64,000 bases of DNA, taken from Lama glama. Its lineage: Eukaryota. The DNA is taken from contig CM052816.1 in NCBI GenBank assembly GCA_028534125.1, forward strand, positions 65,722,001-65,786,000. Direction: 5' to 3'. The notes below the pieces were generated by a model. It was not told where the DNA came from and did no database searches. It was given only the letters and a program-made list of their open reading frames with translations. A program made the translations under genes and the position numbers. Positions 25,951 through 38,965 of this stretch are shown here, one piece after another. Positions within the stretch are counted from its first letter, which is position 1, and every line of letters starts with the position of its first letter.

Positions 25951-28929
25951 AGTCCTTCTTATAACAAATATTTACTGAGCACTTATGACACCAATGTACT
26001 AGGCACTGAGGATAAATCAAAGATGAATAGTCCGTGAATCTGCCTACCTTGTGGTTTATAATCCACTTGAGGAGAGAGAACATTAACAATACAATATAGG
26101 GAAGTAAATAATAGTATAGCTGAATATAAGTTTGATGAGATGTTAGCCAACCACACAGTTTCAAATAAGGTCATTGATGTTGTGCCAACTTTTTATTTCT
26201 ACCTTATAATATGATCATTTGAAATGAGTCCTGCCATGATGCATGAATTGGACATTAAATGGATTTATGACTTTCTTCCCCTGATAAGAGTAATGCCATT
26301 CACTTCTTCTGTGTATATATAAATGTTGAACTCATGCTGGCCAGCTGTCTGGCTGGCTGGCTTGCTAACTGACTGAGATAGAAGAATGAGTTGATGTATT
26401 TAAAAAAAAATATCATCTAGCAACAAAATATTGAACAGTCTTTGCCAAAGACACCTCCTCTTTGCTTGACCAACTAGTTGACAGTGTTAAGAACTTACAG
26501 CAAGATTATTTTTTGTCTTCAGATTTTATAATGATAGAAGACCTTTGGTTATTTGGAAATAACCTTAATAGTGTTTTAATTTTTTCCCCTGGTTCCTACT
26601 GTTGGAAGTTCTTTTGTTGTTGAATATTGGCAACAGTTTGTATCTTGGCAAGTAAAACAGTGCTTTTTAAGGACGAAAGTGTAGGAAGGACATCTGTTGG
26701 AGAAGCCATGTTGTCAAAGCCCATTATATATATTAAATTCACTCGTTTCATTTTCATACATTCTAAAGCAAAATGTCACTCTAACATTCAAACAATTTAT
26801 AAAGAGCTTAGAGATATAAATTGTGTGGACCTACCTGAAACTTCAATGAATGAGCATCATTTTATTCAGTAGATTTTATTGCTACTTTATTTGCAGAATT
26901 GAGTCATGCTAATAAAATTCCCAAGAGGCTAATTTATACATCAGAATGTTAACACTGTCATTTATAACTGAAGATCACTGGTCTAAGAACACCAGTTCCA
27001 TGTGATACCCATTTTCTAGATAATTCTAATCAAGAAGCCAAATTCTAGATCAGAAACTGTTTGTGAATACCGATCAGATCAGGAAAGTTGGAGTCTCTTA
27101 AGGAGATACTTAACTCTTTCCCTTTCCACCTATTTTACTTTATAAATTACTCTTTAAGGATTTTTTCATGTGAATAATACAAGTTATCTAGATTTAGAAT
27201 ATGCAATGCCTTTGTTATTATAAATGAGTTCTTTTTTAACCTCAGTGAGACCTGCTGCCTCCTCTAATTGCAATTATAATTTTTCCTTTTTTCCCTTCAT
27301 TTTAGTATATTTTCAAAGTACTAGCATTACCAAAGTTTATAGATTTTTTTTTGTCAAAACATGTTTCCTGATAAATAAGGAAGCAGCTTGACTGCATGAG
27401 TTTTTAAAAACAGTTGTATGGTCTGTGAATCTCATCTTATTAGCTGTAGTCCCAAAGGAAACCCAGATTTCGGGGCTTCCCTTACCTATAGAAACTATAT
27501 TTTCTTTCAGTTCACTATTCAAGTCAGAGTTCTTTGCTAGTTCTACAGCTCTACATGAAGACACACCAGATACCATAGACACCAAGTGAAAAGAAATCAA
27601 TATTTCTATTATTTTCCTGGATGTAATTTACTAATTGATCACAATCAATAATTTCTCCTTTTAGTTGATGGAGTCCAGATTTTGAAATTTGAATAGAAAT
27701 TTCACTTTTCTTTTTTAAATAGTATCACAAGAGACTTTCTAGAATGTTAGCTAATATATAGAGAGGATAAGAAGAAAATTAAAATCATCCATTTCTTCCC
27801 ATCCAGGTAGTTTTTATATTCTGATGTATATCTTTTTTATTAGTTTTGTTTATCAATATATGAGTATTTTTCCTTTGTTAAAAACAGTATCATACTGTTA
27901 GACTGTCTTATAACCTAGTCTCCTACTGAGTCAATGTCGTATGAATTCTCCGTATCATTAAGTGATATTTTAAAAACATAGTTCCCACAATGTACATGCG
28001 ATTCTTTGTCCTCATAGGTTCCCATGGAGAATGCCCCATATTCCATCTTTGTTGACAATTGAGAGCAAACATTAGCATAATAAAAATTTTGAGAATTCCT
28101 GCTCCCCACTAAAAGCCTATATATAACTTTGTTTAACCAAGAATTTCCCAAATGTTTGTGGCTATGGGGGTCATGTGTTTCTGTTTATGTATTTAATATA
28201 CCTATTAGCATATCTCAGTGTACTATGAGAAAAGCATTTCAACACAGTCGTTTTAATGAATTCATGGTATTCACATTGATTGGATATTTTCCACATTTTA
28301 TTTAAGCATTTGGGCATTAAGGATATTTACATCTTATTTCTATTTTGGAAAACACTATGATGACCTTCTTGGTAGTTAAGTCTTCATATGAACTTGTGGT
28401 ACTTCCTTCTGATTGGAGCCACTTTATACAAGACTGCATGAAGTATGCTATGTGGAGTGTTTAAGTAGATTATCAGAAAAGCTAATACTTAATAGAAGAA
28501 GAGTGATAAATTAATTGATTAATTTTGAATTTGCCTGTTGTGTTCTCAAAACATAGCACATGATTAAATGAAGGCATAATCCCATGATTATTTAAGTGGC
28601 TGAATAACTACTATGATAATTTTTATTTATTAAACTGAAACTGTCAGCCCAGGCAGACACATCTCTGTCATCCCAGCTACAACCCATGTATGTCCCTCAA
28701 TCCCTGAGAAGAGACATCACCCTGCCTTTGTATTACAGTGGGTGCTCTTTGCAACATATTTCTGTTTAATAGAATACAGTTTCTATTTCTACTATTTCCA
28801 ATGTATTTCAGTAGTTAGTAACTTTATTATTAATCTGAAGGAGTAGCTGAGAATAAGGGAGTTCAGGAGAGAGTTAAACATATCTTTGGGATATTCAGGA
28901 CCTTACAATTGCAGCTACCTCATTTAACA

Positions 28930-29880
28930 AGGCAGTGTTGTTTTAAGTGCTGGAGTTGCAAGTCATATAAGGCAGAATGCCTGCCCTTAAGAAACTGTGG
29001 TGCCACAGGGAGAGTTATAAATGCGTGAGCAGCTATGAAACGATGTGCTAGAGTCATATGTCAATGGGAAAATAGATGTACGGCATCGAAATAAAACTGA
29101 GGAGTGGAGAATGTGTTTTGGAAGAGATGGAAGAGTCAGTCAGCCAGAAAAGCAAGAGAAGAAGAGTTCTGGTCAGAGGGCTTACCATCTCTAAAGGCCC
29201 AGTGGTGTGAAAGAGCCAGCTGTTACTTATCGCAGACATAGGAGAGGAAGTCAGCACAAAATTACAGGGGATCTCTGTGCCAAGCTTTGGATCTTCAGTT
29301 TTGTTCTTGATTCCCATTTTAAAATGATCCAAAGAAGATGTGGTATATATATACACCCAATGGAATATTAATCAGCCATTAAAAAGAATGAAATAATGCC
29401 ATTTGCAGCAACATGGAGGGACCTGGAGATTGTCATACTAAGTGAAGTAAGTCAGACAGAGAAAGACAAATATCATATGATATCACTTATATGTGGCATC
29501 TTTAAAAAATGATACAAATTTTATTTACATACCAAAAATAGACTCATAGACAGAAAACAAATTTTGGTTACCCAAAAAGGAAAGGTCAGGGGAAGGATAA
29601 ATTCAGAATCTGAGATGAATAGATACACATTACTATACATAAAGTAGATAAACAACAAGGACCACCTGTATAGCACAGGGAACCGTATTCAATGTCTTAT
29701 AATAACATATGATGAAAAAGTATATGAAAATATATATATATATATGTATGTATAACCAAATCACTTTGCTGTACCCCTGAAACAAAAAATAAAAAGTAAA
29801 AAAAAAAAAATAATCCACATGGCATTCAAGTAAAGGATGGAATTAAGGAAAAAAAGACTAGAGATATTAACTCTAGGCAG
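28930..29880 (-). mobile_element. L2 remnant interrupted by L1
   Basis: taagtgctggag...cctgcccttaagaaact...aaaggcccagtggtgtgaaagagc. Confidence 0.6.
29332..29806 (+). mobile_element. 5'-truncated L1 (end of ORF2 plus 3' UTR and poly-A)
   Basis: Translates to KKNEIMPFAATWRDLEIVILSEVSQTEKDKYHMISLICGI (L1 ORF2 C-terminus). A-tail present; TSD AAAAT[G/A]ATCCA at 29321-29331 and 29807-29817. Confidence 0.93.
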
Positions 29881-29944
29881 ATAAATAACAAACAGGAGAC
29901 ATATTAAGGAAAATATGATCTGGAGAGAGGAATAACCCAGGCCA

Positions 29945-30162
29945 GTCTTTGGAGCCAGATTAACTGGTTCCTAACTCTGACTGCAGTTAACACTACTTGA
30001 CCTGTGGTATGTTATCTCAATCCTTCCATGCCTTGTTTATATCATCTACAAAATGAGCGTAATAATAGTGTCCAACTCATATAATTTTATGAAGATTAAT
30101 AATTCTTACCAATAACAGTGTCTACCACATAGAAATCATCTGATCAAAGTTAGCTGTTATTG
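29945..30162 (+). mobile_element. MIR SINE
   Basis: ctttggagccagat...catctacaaaatgag...taataatagt...gttagctgttatt. Confidence 0.75.
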
Positions 30163-32379
30163 ATTGTTACTATTAATATAATTAATATAATATTGTTGTA
30201 ATCTTATATTATTATGTTGTAATAATATATTATTTAATCCAATACACTATTTAACTATTTATTATGTATGTCTGTAAGATTTGTGGCCTATTAGAAGGGA
30301 TTGGCAGTTGCCTGGCTGAATGGTGACAGTGCCAAGGAACACAGGAAGAAATGTGCTTGAGGGGTAGGGAAAGGGAATCAGTGTGAGTTACATAGAACAT
30401 GCTGGAATGAGGTAGCTGTGGGACTTCCAGATGGAATTTTCTTATGAACAGTGGATTATAACAGCAGAAAGGTTTGGACCCTAGAAGATGTGAGAGTTTT
30501 TCAGCACGCCATGGGTATTTGAATCCACTGAGTAGGATGCATTCACCAGAAGTGTGTAGGTTAGAAAGTGAGCAAAGCCTGGAATGCTGAAGGCAGATTT
30601 GAACCCCAGCAGCATTGCTTGCCAGTCTCGGTGTGGCAGAGAACACAGGATCTGGGCGGGAGGGAGTCCTTCTAAACCACAAGTAAGGGAAAATGATTCA
30701 GCTGATTCCTGTCATGATTCCTGTCACAGGGTCCTGAACAGATAGATATCTAGGTGTCCTGAAAGAATCTCGTCAGCTTTGCGGGTTGCCAAACTCAAGA
30801 CAGGGTAGAGCTAAGAGCTGAAAGAATCTTCGTTAATAAATATTGGAATTATTAAAACAGGAGTCCTGTGCCCTCAAACTGTTACTTGCTGGCAATTGCT
30901 GTTAATTGCTGTTAAGGGTGTTACCATCATCGCAACATCTAGTATACTGGAAAAAAAAACCTGATGTTCTAGATACCCTAATGTGATTTCTGCCCTTGTT
31001 TTAATGTTCTCACGAGCTTAGAATCATGGGGTGTTTGAGTGAGATTTGTGCTAGATTTCCATGCCTGTTGGCCACAGAAATTCCAGTATGCCAAAACAAA
31101 CAAAAGTGTGAATGGGTAAGCCTGGTCATTCCTTAGTGATATGTGAGCCCTATTTTGCTGTAAACTTGTTAATCTGTAGATAAAATAAAGTTCTCCAGTG
31201 TGTTTGTATTCTCCCCCAACTACCTCTGCCCAGACTTGGAGAAAGGGAACTGTGGAAGAAAGGAAGATTCGATTTTTCCTCAGAGGCCACTCCTGCTAAT
31301 TGGCCATCATTCTCACAGACTCTAAATTCTTGGCGGGTTGGATTTTAGAAGTAATCCTGTCTCATCCCAGTTTGAGTGCAAGTAATCCCCAGGAAACCCT
31401 GCCAGCCTCGTGGTAAATCATGGCCCAGTACAAGCAAAAAGTGACCCTGCTAAGAAAATCAAGGAATTTTACCTATCAGTGGATACTTATTTCCCTCCTA
31501 TAGAAATTTATGTCTTACTCTTCAGTTTTTTATTTCTACCCCTTTTAGGAAATTCTTATGTGAATCAAGTCTTATCCTCTAGTACTGGATAAAGACCCCT
31601 AAATCAGCTCACAGATAAAAAATACTGTGCATTTGTTCTCTAAGATGGGGCAGTAGGTCCAAAGGGCCTCTTCAACTTGAAAACTATAAATTTTACACAG
31701 CTGTACATCACAGTTTGTTGATAGTCATTAGGCACTACCTCCACATTGCAAAATTATATATTTCCCCAATTATGAGACCTTATCCTGATTAAGAAAAACA
31801 TACTGAAGGGCGGGAACATAGCAGGAACTCTGTGTTTTATCTCCCCTTCATTATGCAAATTGAGCAAAAATTCTTTGTCACTCTACATTGCGTGGGTGTG
31901 TTCTCTCATTTTGATGAGATTCCAGACTTCCGCCTAGTAGATCTCTGTTCAGGGAGGCTGCCCTTTTCTTGATAGGCACCTTAATAACGATTTCATTTTC
32001 ACAAGGAATCGTATGCAATCACTGGGCATTTTGGGGAAGTAGCTACCTTATTTTTCTGCTGTTAAGAAACAGAGTTGAATGTCAGTAGAGAGTGTTTCAA
32101 GAGCGTGGGGAAATGGACAATGGGCCTCTTCCTCCATGACTTTTAAGAGTATGGATTGCTTTAGGTTATTAAAGGGAAAACCACACAGGATTTGGGATCT
32201 AGCAGGAATCCCACTTGCAGGAATAAAAGCATCAACCAATAAGAATATATTAACAAATGTATTCATTGTTTATAGAAATCCAAGATTATATGTCTGTCAA
32301 TAGAGAATGGGTTGAATACATCATAGTATATTTGTTCTATGGAATCTTACGTAACTATTCATGATTTTTTTTTTTAGTA

Positions 32380-32590
32380 CAAAAGACTCACAAATATAGA
32401 AAACAAACTGTGGTTATGAGGAGGGAAAGCGGGGAGAGGTTAGGAGTTTGGGGTTAATAGATACGCATTACTACGTATAAAATAGATAAACAATAAAGAC
32501 TAACTATATAACACAGGGAACTATATTCAGTTTCTTGTAATGAGCTGTAATGGAAAAGAATCTGAAAAAAATATATGTGTGTATGTAAAA
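32380..32590 (+). mobile_element. L1 3' UTR fragment nested in an older L1M remnant (about 32250-32845)
   Basis: agactcacaaatatagaaaacaaac...aaaatagataaacaa...acacagggaactatattca...gaaaagaatctgaaaaa. Confidence 0.85.
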
Positions 32591-33829
32591 GAAAAATTTA
32601 TAGAAGACTACATATAGTATAAGCCCACTTTACAAAAACAGGACAGGGAAGACCTATACATTTGTCAGTGTGTGTGTGTGTGTATGTGTGTGCATATATG
32701 TATATGTCTGTATATACATTGATAGAATTAGCATAAAGAAAAAGAGTGAGATTAATGGGTAGGAAAAGAGAGTAAGGATTTTATTTATACACCTCTGTGT
32801 CCTTTGACATGTTAAAATTAGCATGTGTCATTTTATAATAAAAAAGTATAAAGGAGAATCATTAGACAGAAAACAGTTACTGTCAAATGGAAAATTATCT
32901 TCCCTTTCAAACTTTAAAAAATTCTGAATTTAAATGATGCCTGTTATTTAAATCCAAACAGCGTCTAAGTTTGGCCACTACAGAATAAAATATAGCTTTC
33001 TCTCCACACACACACTTAGTGTTTGCCCAGGTCCCAGGACTCTTAAATAAATAGGTTGTGTGTATTCAAATCCTGGATAAGAAATCATTTTTCAAATATA
33101 AAATTACCCTGCACAGTACTGCGAACTCCTCCTATCTTTAGACTACACACAAGGGGCTCCGTGGTTTTGTTGCTATGACACTAGGAAATGAGGTGAGGAC
33201 TAGTAAAAGCCGTGGGCTAATGAAAGCTGCAACTTTCTCTGAGATGCTGCTGCAGTAGGTAGGATTCTGGAATTACTCACAGTTTCTCCAGTTTGTCTTT
33301 CACTGTTTAAAAAAAATTCCTATCAGTTTTTCAGTAGATCTTCATCCAATGAGCAGCTGGAGGTTGCATTTCTTATTCTTATTAGAGTATTTCTAATAAG
33401 AAAAAAATCAAAGTCCAAGTTAGTATACAAAGGCCTTTGCTGACAACTTTTTTGTTCCTGAGAGACTGAGTTTAATTCTATTGTGAACAGTAATTTATGA
33501 ACAAGAACCCACAATTTTTTAACCAGCAAATTGGAAAACCACCATAATCATTTCCATGTGCACATCTCATTTTCTAAAGATCTATAATCAGTTTACCAAA
33601 CATTTTTCCCCTTTTGAAAACATCCCAAATAATTGATCATTTCCTTCCTATCAGATGTATGTTTGGTGTGTTTACCGAGAGGTAAAGGACTGATTTCCCA
33701 ACCACTGTTTCATTAGACTGATGTTCTTTTAGACATTAGACAAAAATGGATTAAACCTTGCTGCCTGCTCAGAGATTTGGTGTGAGTGAAAATAGGTTTT
33801 TGTGGCACCACAGAATTTCTACCTCATCT

Positions 33830-34082
33830 ACTCAGCCAGTAAGTGGTCAGAGCGCTGACTCTGGGTAGGAATAAGCAACAAGCTGCCTGTATCCATGAAC
33901 AGAAAACAAGAGAGTGCATGTAGCCTCAGAGAAACACGCGTTTACTTTTGAAGCAAAACGGCACCCAGCGACCAGTGAGCAGCATGTCTGAAATCCATTC
34001 TCTGACTAGGTCTTTCCAGCATTCCCAGGAATGCCGGTCTGACGACTAAGATTTGTTTTTTGCTTCCTGCCTTTTGGATAAA
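33830..34082 (+). promoter_or_regulatory. Putative alternative promoter / 5' UTR of the PDE4 first exon
   Basis: About 13 CpGs in 33850-34210, against a strongly depleted background. No recognisable transposon nearby. Contains the near-palindrome CATTCC-CA-GGAATG (34020-34033), a TGACG half-CRE (34040-34044) and two uORFs. Confidence 0.55.
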
Positions 34083-34210
34083 ATGAGTTTGCCAACCGGC
34101 TGTGAGTATCTGACCCCGGGGAAGGTGGCTAGGTTCCGAAGCGCTGTTTATGTTCATGGATCGCCTTATGCAATCAACAAGCCAATTGACATAAAGCCAC
34201 AGAGGAGACG
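34083..34210 (+). CDS. PDE4D: Alternative first coding exon (unique N-terminal region) of a long-form cAMP-specific phosphodiesterase 4, most likely PDE4D
   Basis: ATG at 34083 with A at -3, followed by 42 codons (MSLPTGCEYLTPGKVARFRSAVYVHGSPYAINKPIDIKPQRR) plus CG, then the donor ACG|GTAACT at 34211. Phase 2 matches the splice onto the common UCR1 exon (x-FDVDNG/FDVENG) used by PDE4 long isoforms. I recall the AVYVHGSPYAIN.PIDI...RRRF motif from vertebrate PDE4 N-termini. CpGs are locally retained. PDE4D versus PDE4B is recall only, and the UCR1 exon is not in the window. Confidence 0.75.
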
Positions 34211-37200
34211 GTAACTGCTTTCCTTTCTCCTAGTTGTTTGTCCATGGAAATGTGGTTTTGGGGGTTTTTTGTTTGTTTGTTTGTTTTACCCTTTGGCTAA
34301 AATGCTTTGGAGTTCTGCTGAACTGGGACGGTCAGGGTGAGAGGTTAGCTTGGAAATTCAGCATACTGGATAGTTAGGAAAAAACTAGTCAAAGAGGAGA
34401 GCTGGTAAATACCCTTAGCTTAAATAGCTAGTTAGCAAAAGCCGATCTGATTTCAGAGGCTTTAGATTTTAAGAATTTGAGAGATTGCTAGTGCTTGTGT
34501 TACCTTCAGAATCACCCACATTGAATATTTGAAAGAGGATTTAGCCAAATAATGGATATATTTATTAAGGTCTCTTATTACCAGATTTCCAGTATCTCAT
34601 AATCTATGTATAACATTCCTTAATGCCGATGTGCAATAAATACGTTAAAATTCTATAAAAAGCATTTATTTTCATGTGGTCAGTGTGAAGGCCAGAATAG
34701 GGTTAGATATTTTTCCTCTGAAGATGTCATTTCTAGATCAATGTTCCAGAATTCTGCTAACTCAGTCTCCACACAGTCTCACGCCACACACATGCCCCAC
34801 AACACACACACACTACACAGGCAAAGTCACACTGTAAATTAGGAATTTCAAAGTTGAGCTCAGTGTTTTCATGACAAGGAAAGAGGATGTACAGTAAGTA
34901 AACACTTTTTATCTTCTAGCTTCTTTATTTCCGTGTCAGAATAGGGATGATACAGTTGACTAATGGCTCCAAGAAATCATACCTCAGCTTGGGTTTTATA
35001 CAAAGTCATTTTATTCAGTATTTCAGAATGAACTTGAGAAGCATTTTACAAAAATGTTCTATTCTCTGTGAAAATTCCAATTCTTCATAATTCTATGAAT
35101 TCTTGAAATAAAAACCCACAACCCTAAAAGCAACATAATTTACTGGAAGACAATCATTATCATCTTAGGCTTCTGCTTTTCCTTTTCTAATCACACATGT
35201 GCAAACTCACGCATAAAGCATACATTTTGCCAGATGTGACCTTATTTGTAAACACGAAGGAAATTTTGGATTTTAAGTGATTTCTCTTAAAAACGTTCCA
35301 AACCTTTACAAATGCTTCGAGGTTAGCTTTTCAACTGAGAAAAAAAAAATGGCTTTTTGATTTGATGGGAATAAATGTTTGAAAAAAAAATTTTGTGTGT
35401 ATGTGGGAAAATAATTGATTCTTTTCCCCCAAGTACCAAAGCTCTCCCTGTTGAGCTCCAGCACCATTTGAATGGATAACAGGCTGGCAGCAACTAACTA
35501 CACCAAGGTCCATTCAGGAGCATGTGTCCTGAGATCCTCTACACGACTCAGTGGTCGTCAGTATATAATTCGTGGTGTGATACTACAAATGCACACAAGA
35601 TGCCAAATTGTTGACGTATGGTCATGAAAATGCAAAAGTTCTTTCAAATCGGTGATGTTGCATCTTGAAAGCCTAGTTGAAATGGATATACTATACAGAT
35701 AAATAGGATTTTTGCCTATAATTAAGCTTTGACAAAGTTACATAATCTTTACTAGTGTCTCATTCACTGAGAAAGACATGGTGGTTATGGTATTGGCTTC
35801 CAAACAGTTGAAGAGGGTTTGATTCCTTCCTTTCTTATTTTAAATTTGCATAAGTAGGCTCTTCAGAAGTATCTATGCCATGTCCCTATTCATATTACTT
35901 TATTTTTTACCACTTAAAAGTGATCGATTTTTTGTGTAAGTCAGCAGAATCAAGTGTTTACATAAGCTGATGTGTACATGCTCAGAGTGTGGACTCTTCG
36001 TATGATGTTTTACATCCAGACAATTTATCCCCAATTATTTTACATTAGGCATCACCATGTCTTTTGCAAGCAAATATTCTTGCAAGACATTTGACAATAA
36101 CCATGATTTTGTAGTATAGACCTTGAATTTGTAAAAATATCAGATCCAACTTGTCTTTTAGTATAATATATTGCTTATATATAGCAAGTAAATCAAACAA
36201 ATGGCCTTTTGTTGAAAGATGAGGAATCATTACATCATTATATCTAAAGCTTTTATTCCTAGAAGAATAAATATGACAACAAACATATAGTGAAAACAAC
36301 GGTTAGAGGAGGGTGGATGAATGGATGAAGGAAGATCCAAATCATAGGCAATGTCTTTTTATTCCATAACTCATTTTGTAAATTTTAAAGTCTTTATTTG
36401 AGCTTTTTTTTTTTATCTGCTCAGAAAACAATACATCTGGACTCGTGGTAGATCTCCATCCTAGGTGCACTAAAGTCTGCCCCAAATTAAATGGTTATGG
36501 TCTCAGGATGCTTACTGGGACTCACCTAAGATTTGTCTAAAACACCATGTTTACATTTATTTTCATGTAGTTATGATTGTGCTCTTTGAAAGAAAGGACA
36601 CTGCTTTGATAATTACTAAAAGGGAGGGAGGGAGGGAAGGAAAGAAAACATCTAAAGAGGAGGAGCTGTATGTTGATGCTTTGACCTGGCCAATGATGCC
36701 TAAGATGGAGATGGTAGAAAGAAAGCTTTCTTTACACTAAATGGAGAGAATAATGTAGGAAATCTAATCATACATGCAAAATATAGCTCAATTTGAATCC
36801 AAGTCATTATTTTATATCCTTATAAAATAATGAGTTCTTGCAAGAACAGCTTGTGGTCTTGGAACACAGGGAAATAATTTCCAAATTGACAATTAGCAGT
36901 GTTAGACTTGTGACCACTTGGTCATTTAATTGTTCTGAATTCTTATTTCACGAGCAGCAGTGAAAAGATTAACAAAGCAGCTAACACTCCTAAATCTTAA
37001 TTCAGCTTGATGGTGAAGAGGATGACAGTCCCACCATCTGTGATCCTCATAATTTTCTATATTCATGATTTAAAAAAAAATTCCCTTTAAATACTGTGTA
37101 GCTGCCACAAACTCTAAGACTCTATTTTTACTCTTGCAAGAAAAACAACTTCCTTTTAATTGTGTGGTACCTTGATGTCTCAGTTGTAATCCATAGAGAA

Positions 37201-38150
37201 TAAGTAATCAGGTTTAATCTGGCTCTTCCACCCACTCCTCACCCAAGGAAGCTACAGGGTTTTTGAGTGTGTGGACTATGTCCTGTCCCTTGTTACAGCC
37301 TCAGTGCCCACCACAGAGCCAGATCAGACTAGAAATGCTTGTTTGATACATAGAAGATGAGAAGGTGCGCCTCACCCATCTTAGGTGAGGTGTATATTTC
37401 ACTTCCCTAGATTCCACTGTACAGAGTCTTTGGCAAGACTTTTGTCTCTGCTTTTCTCCTGGGACAGCTGAGTTCCCTTCCTCATTTCCCTATGGAATCT
37501 GCATACAGCACTGACTGACCTCAAACCCCTGGCTTGAGTGGTTGGGGATCACAGCTTTTGTTTTTCTCAGGTCAGCAAAGCATATCCATTTTTTTGCTTC
37601 ACCACAAGTAACCATATAGTACAAAGGAGAAGAAAAAGCTACTGTGAGAAGAAAAAGCTACTAAAGCAGAGGAAAGTTCCTAGAGGGAAAAGATATCGCT
37701 ACTGTCAGAAATGTGATAGACACGCACAAGTTTATAAAATCAGTTACAAAAATTGTGAAGTGTCAGCCCTAGTTCTGTTTGTCCTGCTGACATGTAAAAC
37801 TCACAAAAACATTTTTTGAGCAAAACAGAAAGCAAAAATTGGGAACAGTGAAAAAGGCGAGACAGGACTAGCCAGCACCCTGAGGTACAGAGCGCATCTG
37901 TGCTCTAGGGCAACACTTCTCACAACCAAGCACAGGACTGCACCTCTTCCCAGCACCTCTGGGTGCTCACACATCTCAGAGGCTCAGCCCCATGTCTCTG
38001 TCCTGCTCTGTCTTCCCTCCTGCCCCACCTGCTTCTCTCTGACACTGTAGCCTGTTTTCCTAAATGCTGTAGGTAGGCTCGCTCTCCCTGTCATCTCTGG
38101 GATCAGAAAACAGCACAATACAAAGAGCCAGGAGACAGCAGAGACTTCCA

Positions 38151-38280
38151 TGAGCATATGTTAGTGAGTCTATGTTAATCAGGATGGGTTAGTGAATATA
38201 TGTTAATGGGTATATGCTAATGAATATATGTTAATCAGTATGAGTTAATGAGTATATGTTAATGAGTGTACGTTAATCAG
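38151..38280. repeat. 14-bp minisatellite (TGAGTATATGTTAA), about 9.3 copies
   Basis: Units read in exact 14-bp register from 38151. Confidence 0.92.
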
Positions 38281-38412
38281 CCTGTTTTCTCCATGGGGAA
38301 AAATGACAAAGTTGCACACTTAGATTTCTAACCAATCATCAAGCTTTCATTTACTCAAATTATTGCTTTTAGTTCATTAGTATTATTAGTAGCATTCTTG
38401 TAATTTTTTATG

Positions 38413-38794
38413 AGTATGAGTTTGCTAGGGCTGCTACAACAAAATACAACAGACTGAGTGGCTTAAACCACAGAGATTTGTTTTCTCGCCAGAAGCACAA
38501 GATCGAGGTGTAGGCAGGTTTGGTTTCTCCAGAGGCCTCTCTCCTTGGCCTGCAGATGGCCACCTTCTCACCATGTCCTCCCCTGCTCTGTCCTCCGAGC
38601 AAACATCCTTGGTGTCTCTGTGTGTCCAGATTTCCTCTACTGATGAGAACACCAGCCAGATTGGATAAGGGGCCCACTCTCCCAGCCTCGTTAATCACCT
38701 CTTTAAAGACTATCTCCAGACACAGTCACATTCTAAACTACTGGGGGTTAGGCATCAACACGAAGTTTGGGGTGACACAATTCAGTGCATAGCA
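38413..38794 (-). mobile_element. MLT1B-like solo LTR
   Basis: agggctgctacaacaaaatac...gaggcctctctccttggcctgcagatggc...gacacaattcag. Confidence 0.88.
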
Positions 38795-38965
38795 AACTGT
38801 GCCCATAGAAATGCTGTGCTAGGAATGACTGTGGAAGGAGATAGGAATTAGGCTGTGATTCTTTAATAATCGGTGATCTTTCCATTAAAATATATTCAAT
38901 CAGTCTGAACTTGCAGAAGTGTGGCATTGCGGAGTATAGAGAAGTACTTTCCACTTTCACAGTTG

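Noticed and set aside
33942..34157. 71-aa minus-strand ORF
   Set aside because: It is the antisense shadow of the GC-richer first exon and UTR.
37553..37576. TTTTGTTTTTCTCAG|GTCAGC as a recursive site
   Set aside because: The donor has C at +3 and is weak.
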